A stretch of 60,268 nt of DNA from Phyllobates terribilis (taxonomy: Eukaryota). How positions within the stretch are numbered: position 1 is the stretch's first letter; each line of letters begins with the position of its first letter. A program made the translations under genes and the position numbers. Below the pieces are notes generated by a model. It saw nothing but the letters and a program-made list of their open reading frames with translations. It made no database searches and was not told the DNA's origin. Where the stretch lies: positions 1-60,268 of the forward strand of contig NW_027367250.1 of NCBI RefSeq assembly GCF_046119375.1, given 5' to 3'. Below are positions 1 through 10,596 of this stretch, piece by piece.

Positions 1-1058
1 ATCTGAAAAACTCTTCCTTACGGATACTATTAGCAAAGTGAATATAGCTCCATCTACAAAATGTATGGTTTTAATTAGATACAAATAAAGTAAGTGACGA
101 AGAGGTGTTTGAAAAAGGAGAAGGAAATTATAATTGGGACCTTCGTGACACCTTAACCATAGGAATTTAGTGCTAAAAAAACCCATAGGAATTTGTGTTG
201 TATATGTACAAGCCATGAGAGATGCAGCAAGGAGAACCATTAGTCCAAAAAGATGAAAACATGTGATCAAATCCAAGTGTAAGGATCCATCTCCATGTGA
301 ACATCCCAAAGATAGGATTATCTTCGGGAACTGCTTAAAGGAATATTCAGGAGCTTCTCCTTGATCAATCACATACCTGTTATTGACACTGTTATGAAAC
401 TCTATACAAGATACAAAGTAGAAAGCAAACCCCTAGAATTTTGCCAAGTTATTGCACCTAACCTCCTTAATAAGCATAAGTATAAAGCTAACCATGATCT
501 CATGGTACACACAAAGCATGTAACAATCACCTTAGCAATTAGTAATCAGGATCAGTTTACAGGTTGCTACATTGAAAAGAGAGAGAAACTAAAAGAACTT
601 GTTGGCTCAATTGCACGACCGAAAATTGTGCATGGCAATGTTCTGAATTCCTGTAACATTTTTCCTGTAGTATCTGTGAGATATGATATATACAAGACAA
701 ATACATTAACTATATATAACTTTTCTTACTGGTTGTGTATATTGCTTGTATTTTCTCATATACATACAGTTTTTATTCTTTCAATCTTTCTTGTGATATT
801 AGTTGAATTCAAAACTTAAATTATACAACAAATTAACTAATTCAGTGTTGTACTCATATATACATACATTATTAATCTTTCAATCATTCTTCTAATTAGG
901 CAAAGTAGTTTTATTTTGTTTTCACATTGAGAAAAATAAGCCCACTTACCTAATTACCTGTACATAAAAGTTGTAGTCGGGGGTTTATTTCAACAGTTGG
1001 TTTTCTTCTACTTCACATTTATTATGTAATTTATAATGTGAGTTACCATGGGTTTCAG

Positions 1059-1578
1059 GGCTCAGAATGGAAAGAGAAAGCAGAAAAGCTTGAGCTTCAT
1101 TTGCAGCAATGTTATAAATCTCAATCAGTGCTCTCTGAGAAGCTCGCAATAGAAGTTGCAGAGTTAAGAACTTTAAGACCTGCAATTCAAGAGAAGGATT
1201 CTTTAATAGCTGATTTGAAGAAGGAGGTCACTGAGCTAAGGTTAGTCCTAAAATATCGGTCCTCATTAATCTCTTACTTATATCAAAAGAAATTAGGTCA
1301 AGGATATCATCTGAAGCAATAATATTTTGTCTGATAGGCATGGATTTTTGTATTTGCTCATATGTTGTAATTTGTGATGCAGAGGTGAATATTCTCAATT
1401 AAATTCACATCTAGAAGAGAAGGTTAAATCCATAGAGCTGGTTGTTAGTGAAAACAATGAAATGAATAAACAGATTGAAGAGACAATATTGAAAGCTAAG
1501 ACAACTGAAGATGAAAATTAAATGTTAATAGATCGTTGGATGGTGCAGAAAATGCAAGATGCTGAGCACCTAAATGAG
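1059..1578 (+). pseudogene. ATG16: Autophagy-related protein 16 coiled-coil region; two exons (1059-1240, 1383-1578) with a premature stop
   Basis: The spliced translation GSEWKEKAEKLELHLQQCYKSQSVLSEKLAIEVAE...DEN*MLIDRWMVQKMQDAEHLNE matches plant ATG16 as I recall it (GSEWKEK..LQQCYKAQSRLSEQLV.EVAE; ENKMLIDRWMLQKMQDAERLNE). Splice sites are canonical and the phase is kept. TAA at 1519-1521 replaces Lys. No first exon or WD40 exons were recognised in the window. Confidence 0.85.
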
Positions 1579-1694
1579 GTTTTTTCCATACAATAGTTTC
1601 ATCTCTGAAACTTGTAGTTGATTTCTTTTAGTCATACTTTTCAGATCCATAGAGTTGCATAGGTTAATAATGAAGCTGCTCACCACATGCACCC

Positions 1695-1745
1695 TAAGGC
1701 CCCGTTTGGTATAAGATTTTGGCAACGGAAATGGAAACGGAACCA
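1695..1745. mobile_element. Possible single end of a Tourist/PIF-Harbinger-like MITE
   Basis: TAA followed by GGCCCCGTTTGG resembles a Tourist TSD plus TIR. No partner TIR was found. Confidence 0.3.
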
Positions 1746-2191
1746 ACACTGTATCAGGGTTAGAAAGAAGTTAAGAACTCATGTTGGTGATGTTGATGTA
1801 GTAGTTGTTCCTTGTGGTTTTGGATGTGTTATTGACAATAAGTTGTAGCTGCTATTTTGCTTATATAACTTAGAAAAGTATATATATCTGGCCTTGAATC
1901 TATTTTCTATTTGTGAAATTCATAAATTGTTAGGTTGGTATTAATATATAAATATGCCTAACTGAAGTAAGCTATCAGTTTAAAACTCACCTTCAAAATG
2001 AAATAGAAAAATATTTCATGTATATGCATATTTGCATCTTTTTCTTTGGGTTGAAACATATATGCATCTTATTGTATCTTCTTTATTGCTATATAAAGGC
2101 CTACCTATATATCTGAAAGACACTATTAGAGCATAATATCCCACATTGTGGTTTCAGAAATAATGAATTGACGTAATTTGTTGTCTTTCAG

Positions 2192-2641
2192 GTTCAAGGA
2201 ACTCTTGAAAATGGTCGATACCTGCCAGACTGCTACTCTATTCGATCAGGTTTGTAATACTTGATAGATACTTAAGACTACTTTTATCTATTATGAGACT
2301 GGTAAATGTGGTGAGACTACATAAACTAAGAATTGATCATTTAGGAGATGCTGATGATCCTATGAAATTTTACATAACTTTTTTTATGGGTTCATTTGGA
2401 ATCTTAGCTTAATTACTACTACATTATTGAGTACAATTCTCTTAAATGCTTTTTCTTGGTAATCTATGACGTCTACAAGTTGAAATCAGAGTTCAAAAGT
2501 TATGCTAGGAGGCATGCACAAGTTGATGGGTGGTCGTCTACCATTAGGGATCAGGTACAAAATGTAGCTTATTGTCGCTTACTTCACCATCCTTGTCAGA
2601 TGGAGTTGCAAGTGCAAGAGCTGGTGATGCTGCTGCTTGAG
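2192..2641 (+). pseudogene. Two small candidate exons of an unidentified gene (2192-2249, 2600-2641)
   Basis: Both have a pyrimidine-rich tract with CAG acceptor and a GT donor. Spliced, they read VQGTLENGRYLPDCYSIRSDGVASARAGDAAA* or FKELLKMVDTCQTATLFDQMELQVQELVMLLLE. The protein was not recognised. Confidence 0.4.
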
Positions 2642-4505
2642 GTTTCTGTTTCTTTAGCTTGTGCACAGTCTGGCTACTTGGTAGAAAACTGCACACTATT
2701 ATCTGCTAATCAGCAACATCAAAAATGAGGTAAGTGGATTAGTATTAGTTTGTACTAAAGATTCTTGAGCAACTTATATATGTAGACGAAAGTGATAAAG
2801 TCAGTAAGATTGCCAATCAATGAGATTATCCATAACGAAATTGCAACCTTTAATCAATATACAAATGATAAATTTATAGAGTATCAATGAACAAGAAGCT
2901 GTACATTGTCAGCGACTGAAATCTCAGAGGCAATCCTAATAGTTCGATCTATCCAAACAAGCAATACTTCAACTGCCTTATCTACTTATGAATCTGATAT
3001 TTCAAGATCAAGAATAACCGACAGAGGTCTATGACAACAATTTCAAGAGAATAAGGATGAGAATGAACTCGGATTGATCGCCATTACATTAAGAAGAAAC
3101 AGTGTCAAAATGAACCTGGTTAAGAAGAGATACAGATAGAGATTTTCTGTTTACAACCACAAAATATGACCTTAATGCACTACGGAAGCGGTGGATGGGC
3201 AATTCTGGCATTTATGTTAGCATCTCTTCTTCTTTATAGGAATCAATACACCCATGAACTTAAGACTTTGAAAATGGTTTATAAACAAGGTTTTAATGAA
3301 CTATTTCTGTTTCATTCTCAACTATATCCTATACCTTCTTAGCTAAGGTATATCCAGTATGTTGCAAGATGAAATGTGGGTTCAAATTGGCCTCCTGTTA
3401 ATGAGGCTTTACATTTGATTTGTGTTATTGTGAATTGAACAAGGAGACAATGTTTAGAGTAGATGTCGGTGATCGTTGCGTCTGTGTGGTGGGAAAATAA
3501 ATCAAACTCCTCAGTAAATAAACATTTTATAGAAGTTGATAACCTCGACAAAGAACCGGGTCACGAGGTTGACGAATTTGCATGATTTAACGGCCCTGGA
3601 GGCGGGTAACTTTATTATAGTTATATTATGGGGCCAATGGGTAGGTTGAACCCATTGATTCAACAATTCACTACGAGTCATCTCAATTCTTATTTAAGTA
3701 ATTTATTATGTTTTTATCAAGAAAAGTGAAAAAATGTAAATCTGACAGTTCGGGGGCGGGTGGTGGGAACGTCAATCAAAATCGGGCAGGATTCGCTCAA
3801 ACAAAGACAGTTCAATTTGATCTGATTTCGGGAGGACGGGAATGATTTTGTTTAAGCTTAAGATTCGGATTCGGCAGATGAAAGGGCAAATTCTTATTCT
3901 TCATTTTAGTTAACAACATCTTCAAGTGTTTCTTGTTAATCTTAGGAAGTTGTAGGTTTCCCCCGGTAGTCTTACGAGTAGGTTAACACATTTTATTAAG
4001 CTACGAAATGATAAGAGGGATAGAGCAGGGTAACCCAAATCAAATTCCAGTCGATTATATATAATATATAGCAGTCAACCATCAAGAAATCATCCACTAT
4101 TTAACCGGAGATAGTGGAGGTTCTTGTGGAAAGCGTCCATCCTTGCTGGAGTGTCCTAGATGTCAAGGATCTGTGCAGTGGGATGTAATATGGTGTGGGA
4201 GCCTTTAGTTGGTTGTCCCCGAAACCTATTATAGGAGGCCTTGTCCTAGGGGTATGAGCAGAACTGGGATGGGAACTGCCCTATCCCGACAAATTCGGAT
4301 TTTTTGATTAGTTTCGATAACTCCAGCAAGCTTCATGCTTTCTCCAGGAGCGGCTTCGTCCCCCCGAGATGTGATTTTAGCATGTAGGTTGTGAATGACG
4401 ATTTCGTCTCATTTATTGGTATCCACCATGATCATCAAAAGAAAATAATCATCTCATTCAGTAAAATAAAACAACACATAAATAGTAGGAAAAAATTGAA
4501 CAACA

Positions 4506-4535
4506 CGCGGGCGCTTGCGCCCGCGCCTCACCTAG
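4506..4535 (+). mobile_element. Helitron 3' terminus (GC hairpin plus CTAG)
   Basis: CGCGGGCGC-TT-GCGCCCGCG forms a perfect inverted repeat (4506-4525), followed by 6 nt, CTAG (4532-4535) and T. This is the canonical Helitron 3' end, which inserts between A and T. Confidence 0.75.
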
Positions 4536-4814
4536 TAAATGTTAAAGTTACTTAGAGCTTCGTTTACTGGGTTAGATATGATGAATTCGTCAGGTGTAAC
4601 ACGAAATCCCAATTGCGACTATCTTTACCACCACACACTATTTCTCATATTTGCTTGACAGTCCGTCAAATTGTGATCAATTTGTCTCATCAAGCAGATT
4701 TCCCACTCTCAAATGATTAATAAGAAAGGTGATAATTTGTTTTCTGCTTCCATCCTTGGTATTACTGGTTTTTTATAGCTGAAGTGAAACACCAAAAAAA
4801 CTTTTTATGGCTTA

Positions 4815-6358
4815 TATTGGACCGGAATAATGTAGCAGGCCCAAAAGTCCAACTTAAGTGAAACCCAAGGCTTCTAGGTCTTAATTAGTATATATAGAGA
4901 TTGGGTATTAGGGTAAAGGAGGGGGGGATTAGGGGCTATAAAAAGTCTAAATTGCTGATTAGCACAAGGAGGTGGAAGTGATTACGGAGATAATAGGGTA
5001 AGCCCTGCCGCCTCCGTAAACAAGCCTTCCGCTTTCGTCAACCGGTGCCCTACACCGCATCAGCACATATCGAGGATGTAGGTCCTGCCGGCACTCCCGA
5101 CCACCTCGCCCCACCAAATCCGTCTGAGTTCGCTCCTCCTGAGGTTACTATACTGGTCAAATCTCACCGGAAGCCCCGAACTCAAGCCTCGCCGGAGTTA
5201 CAACACCTCGTGGACCTTTGCCGGCAATCAGGCACCGAGCCTCTCGGTCGCGGATGATTAATAACGACGCCTCGACGACACTCCCAACCCTCGTCCTCAC
5301 GAGCGCTCTCGTCGAGCCTAGCCGGAAACAAGGGACGAGCCCCGACCTCTTTGGAAGCCAAGGATGAGGCTCTCGAAATCCGCCCTCCCAAAGTCGCCCT
5401 TCCGAAGATATCGCCGAGTAGAGTTTCGCCGAGGACCTTGCCGTGCTCGCGCAATACCGGTCGAGTTGGTTCACCGGAGAAGCCCCGACATCCATCTCTG
5501 CGGCTCGACAAAGACGGAGCAGTGAAAGCTGGCGGGCCCTCTCTTTTCCTATCCTGGGCCAAACAAAGACGCTTTGGGCAAAGAAAAAGACGAAGAACTG
5601 GGCCCCTGTTCCTGACGAAGAAGAAGAGGAGGATCTGGGCCTGTTTTCTATCCTTTGGGCCGAGTAGTGCAAGAGGCCCACTTGGCCTCGTCGAGCAGCA
5701 CATTCTGTCTATCTCGTCGAAGCAGTACACTATGGGGGACGAATTCCTATCACTTGGGCCAGCACATCGAGCAACAGAATACGGAGAATGATGTCCTATC
5801 ATTTGGGCCAGCAGGTACAAGCGGGCTAATTTGGGCCGAGCAATTATACAAACAAAAGGTATGATTGTGACCAATCCGTACTCCTTAAAGCGAGGTAAGT
5901 AATCTCCATTAAGCACGAATCATATATATCATGGTTCCGTCCGAGCGTACTATTTAGTCATGGGCAAACCATGACGTATTCGCACCGCTCGTATTGTATT
6001 CACGGTACTAATTAGCGGTACAACATACCGGGAGGGACGTATTCATCCCCTCCCAAGGGGGAGTCATCAGATGAACGAGACATAGAGTTTCATAATCTTA
6101 ATATTCATTTGTCAAATATATTATATATACGCATTTGAACACATTACTGACTTGAGCGTCGGAGAGCCCGTCCCGGAGACCCCCACCTCCGGTTCTGGGC
6201 CATTTGCAGGTAATAAAAGGTATCAACTCAGAAACGATGGATGAGAGCCTCGGACTCTGGAAGCTTAAACCGTCTTTACCCTCAGCTAAGGAAGTCAAGA
6301 GTGAATCTAAGCCTCTCGTCGAGACGTGTTGACTCTACGAGGATCTTGGGCTTCAACA
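4815..6358 (+). repeat. 5' LTR of Tat element 1
   Basis: Runs TATTGGACCGG...CTTCAACA; the start is TG mutated to TA. Roughly 95% identical to 10597-12135 by eye. Confidence 0.92.
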
Positions 6359-6359
6359 C

Positions 6360-6376
6360 TGGTGCCGACCGTGGGG
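6360..6376 (+). other. Primer binding site, tRNA-Lys-like
   Basis: TGGTGCCGACCGTGGGG lies 1 nt after the LTR and has 2 mismatches to TGGCGCCCACCGTGGGG, the complement of the plant tRNA-Lys 3' end. Confidence 0.75.
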
Positions 6377-6650
6377 ACCCTCTCACACAATTAAGCAGAA
6401 CTAGGGTACCGAATGGCGTACGAAATCCTATGTGCCGAGAGTTTTCAATCTCGCCCTCGAGTGGGAAGGTAACCCTCACGCAACTCGACGAGGTACGTAA
6501 CCTATCATTGCTATCTTCGTGAACTCTATACATATATAACAACAACTACATCTAATTGGCGAGGGAGCGTGTTAGGGTTCGCCGAAGCCTTAACAATGAA
6601 TAAGCGGTATGACTGAGAGAGCCATACTCACTCGGCCAATCAAGTGCAAA

Positions 6651-6833
6651 TTATATTTATTTCGGCTGCGATCTCGAGGTTCGAACGCCTCAAGCCAGTC
6701 ACGGTTACTATCATATTTATATATCCGGCTGCGGTCTCGGGGCTCGAACACCTCGAGCCAGTGACGGTTACTATTATATTTATTTCGGCTGCGATCTCGG
6801 GGCCTGAGCGCCTTGGACCAGTCACGGTTACTC
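6651..6833 (+). repeat. Tandem array A: 3 units of 60-63 bp; related copies at ~8395-8515
   Basis: Core CGGCTGCGATCTCGGGGCTCGAACACCTCGAGCCAGTCACGGTTACT is repeated. Confidence 0.85.
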
Positions 6834-7112
6834 ATACAAGGTACATACCTTAACCCATTCATTAATCCAGAGCATGACTCGATGACCACTAAATCCAGAG
6901 CATGACTCGACAATCACTAATACAATTATTATCCCCTGCTCCGCAGGGATGACTAGACTCGATTATTAAATCATGAGCGTGGCTCGATGTACATAACTCT
7001 CGAACATGCCTCGATGATCATTAACGCAAATTTTCCCCCCTTATGCAGGGATGAGATTATTACACACTATACACAACCACGCCTTGCAAGGATGAGTTTA
7101 CCCCCTTGCAGG

Positions 7113-8275
7113 GGTGATTAGATACATTATACGGCTGCGACTCAGGGGCACGACGACCCCGAACCAGTCACAGTTACTTACGAGTGATGACTAGATACAT
7201 TATACGGCTGCGTCTCAGGGGCACGACGACCCCGAACCAGTCACAGTTACTTACGAGTGATGATTAAATACATTATACGGCTACGTCTCAGGGGCACGAC
7301 GACCCCGAACCAGTCCCAGTTACTTACAAGTGATGATTACATACATTATACAGCTGCGTCTCAAGGGCACGACGACCCCGAACCAGTCATAGTTACTTAC
7401 GAGTGATGATAAGATACATTATACGGCTGCGTCTCACGAGCACGACGACCCCGTACCAGTCACAGTTACTTACGAGTGATGACTAGATAATTATATGGTT
7501 GCGTCTCAGGGGCACGACGACCCCGAACCAGTCACAGTTACTTACAAGTGATGATTAGATACATTATACGGCTGCGTCTCAGGGGCACGACGACCCCGAA
7601 CCAGTCACAGTTACTTACGAGTGATGATTAGATACATTATACGGCTGCGTCTCAGGGGCACGATGACCCCGAACCAGTCACAGTTACTTACGAGTGATGA
7701 CTAAATACATTATACGGTTGGGTCTCAGGGGCATGGCGACCCCGAACCAGTCACAGTTACTTACGAGTGATGATCAGACATTATACGACTGCGTCTCAGG
7801 GGCACGACGACCCCGAACCAGTCACAGTTACATACGAGTGATGACTAGATACATTATACGGCTGCGTCTCAGGGGCACGATGACCCCGAACCAGTCACAG
7901 TTACTTACAAGTGATGATTAAATACATTATACGGCTGCGTCTCAGGGGCACGACGACCCCGAACCAGTCACAATTACTTACTAGTGATGATTAGATACAT
8001 TATACGGCTGCGTATCAGGGGCACGATGACCCCGAACCAGTCACAGCTACTGACGAGTGATGACTAGATACATTATACGGTTGGGTCTCAGGGGCACGAC
8101 GACCCCGAACCAGTCACAGTTACTTACGAGTGATGATCAGATACATTATACGACTGCGTCTCAGGGGCACGACGACCCCGAACCAGTCACAGTTACTTCC
8201 GTGGGATGATTAGATACATTATACGGCTGCGTCTCAGGGGCACGCCGACCCCGAACCATTCACAGTTACTTACGA
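7113..8275 (+). repeat. Tandem array B: 16 units of 73 bp
   Basis: Unit starts traced at 7113, 7186, 7259, 7332, 7405, 7478, 7550, 7623, 7696, 7769, 7840, 7913, 7986, 8059, 8132, 8205. Consensus GATGATTAGATACATTATACGGCTGCGTCTCAGGGGCACGACGACCCCGAACCAGTCACAGTTACTTACGAGT. Confidence 0.95.
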
Positions 8276-9531
8276 GATACACCCCTCAATCTAGTTGCCA
8301 TTTCCGATCATGACTCGATGGGTTTTCCGATCATGACTCGACGAGCATTAATACATTTTTTACACCTTGAAACCCAGGGATGATCAGACTCCACTACTAT
8401 ATAAGGCTGCGTGCCTGGGGATCGAACACCTCGGGCCAGTCACTGTTACTATCATATTTATGTATTCGGCTGCGATCTCGGGGCTCGAACACCTCGAGAC
8501 AGTCGCGGTTACTATCGACAGGAGCAACCGTAATTAACATTGGACTAGGCCGTCAGGGGGCTATATGCCTCGAGCCGATCCAGAATAACTAAATCGGCTT
8601 GGGTTGTAGTATCGAGCGTTGTACGCCTCGAGCCGACCGCGAGCAACAAACATAGAGCTTGGCTTGTATCGACAAGCGCTTAGCACCTCGAGCCAACCAA
8701 GGGCAAAAGGCAGTTCAGGTTGTATCATCAGACGCAACACGTCTCTAAACCAACCTCGAGTTGATGAGAGCATCGAGTTGAATTATCGAGGGCTATACGC
8801 CTTAAGATATATGACATCATTTTTGTACCAAAGACAAGGGGTTGTAAACCGAAGTACGCATCGAGAAGTAAAAATCCTCGTATTATACGGCCTGAACGCT
8901 TTATGATGTCAGGACCGTATAGAGTACATTCGGCAGATTGCCACGATGATAAGATTTAGTGTCGCTTTATTAGAGTCATCGCGCTAGAAAAACCATTGGC
9001 TCGCTACACTACATTTTTACCTTTTTCTATACATTACTACACAAGTATAGAACAAGGCAAGTGGTAGTAGAGTAGGGGTCGCAAGACAATAAGTATAGAT
9101 AAGTCGCGCAAACCAAAAGAGAGATTCAGAATAAACGTCAAGTCAGGCACCGGGCACGGAAAGCATCGAGCTGGTCGTCGAGTAAAGAGTTACGATGAAA
9201 GCACCGACTCCGCCGTCAAGTCAGTACAACAATCCCAAAGTCAGTACAAGCTTCACCAGAAGCAGGGGGTTGTAGTCCTCACGCCAATCACAATAACCGG
9301 ACCCTCACACTCTCGAACCAGGCGGATCAAACCCCTCGAACTACACTCGTCGAGCAACCCTATATATATATGTTGTAAACCTCGATTTCATCGCCGAGCA
9401 AATCGGTGTACACCGCAAGCCTTTTCCGAATTACAGAGTAACCTTGTAGCGATGAAAGCCTGTGTGGAGCCACAGAGCTTTATGCGAAGCATGTAGGCTG
9501 GCTTCCTCCTTGACGCACAACAATCCTAAAG

Positions 9532-9656
9532 TAATGAAGCCTTCGTTCTCGCGAAACAACAAAGCCTTCGCTCTCGCGAAGCAACAAAGCCTTCGCTCTT
9601 GCGAAGCAACAAAGCCTTCATCCTCACGAAGCAATAATACCTTCAATCGCACGAAG
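9532..9656 (+). repeat. Tandem array of 5 x 25 bp, each with a CTTCGC-N4-GCGAAG hairpin
   Basis: Hairpins start at 9541, 9566, 9591, 9616 and 9641, and degenerate towards the right. Confidence 0.85.
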
Positions 9657-10596
9657 AGAGAGCCGAGCTCCCGTCTTTTGAAAGATCTAAAGCATCTAAC
9701 TACATTGAAATATAGTACGGACTACTAAGGTAGTCGACACAATTAGCCCCTCGTAACGAGAAGCGTGCCACGACCATCATCTCAAATATCATGGCCGGGG
9801 GTCACGAGCCTCACCGAGGCTAATGGTTCGTCTCGTTTTCCTTAGAATAACACCAAACCCAAGGCTCACGGCTCGCAACTTCGAGGCCTCGCATAGCATG
9901 TAATCCATGCGAACACCATCGCTCGGGGCTCTACCATCTGATCGATGTGCACAAACCGGTCGGGGCTCTATCACTCAGATGATGAATACAAGAACTCGGA
10001 GCCCTATCGTCCAATTGGCACGTACAAATGACTCGGAGCTCTACCGCTCGATTAGCACGTAACAAGTATAGATGCTCGGGGCTCCTTCGTCTAATTTACG
10101 AGAATAAGCGATCTGAAACTCGACCACCAATGCACCACGATCAAGAGACTTGGTCCGTAATGTGTAACAGAAACAATAGTTCTTTAAACAGAACTTTGTT
10201 TATCTGGAGAGGAATGCAGAAAGCAACAATAGTTGTGCCGTCGTATGAACGTGCACAAAGATGGCGCGTAGAACTCTTGCGTAATCCCTTTGTTAGATTA
10301 AAGCGAGCCGAGGGCTCTACGTCTTCGTTTCCTATCTACTCGTGACTAATTAAGAATGCCAGAGCCCATACGACCACTAAACCGGGGTTCATCCATGATC
10401 GAGTAACCCACGGTCCAGTGGCTAGTGAAAGATAACGGCGTTTCCTTAAGGTTCCGTACAAATATATGCACCCGAAAGTTCGCGTAGAAGATCGTAGAAA
10501 TATTTGCGAGATGACCGACGTATACGACCCGGAACAGGTCCAACTAAGCAAGTCTTTGTCTCCCCTTCGCGAAGTCAAAGGACTTGCATGGCTGGA

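Noticed and set aside
361-819. 152-aa ORF
   Set aside because: It has no ATG start or recognisable family and runs into AT-rich intron-like DNA.
3580-4060. hAT-like element suggested by scattered CGGG/TCGG motifs
   Set aside because: No TIR pair or 8-bp TSD was found.
4080-4400. Possible coding fragment (GC-richer, CPRCQG-like)
   Set aside because: Frames are short, and no family was recognised on either strand.
5157-5916. Antisense 174-aa and 244-aa ORFs in the Tat LTR
   Set aside because: The 3' LTR copy has a stop and a frame switch relative to them, and no domain is recognisable. They are probably chance ORFs in GC-rich DNA.
7113-8275. CRISPR-like array
   Set aside because: Whole 73-bp units are near-identical with no unique spacers, there are no cas genes, and the context is a plant LTR element.
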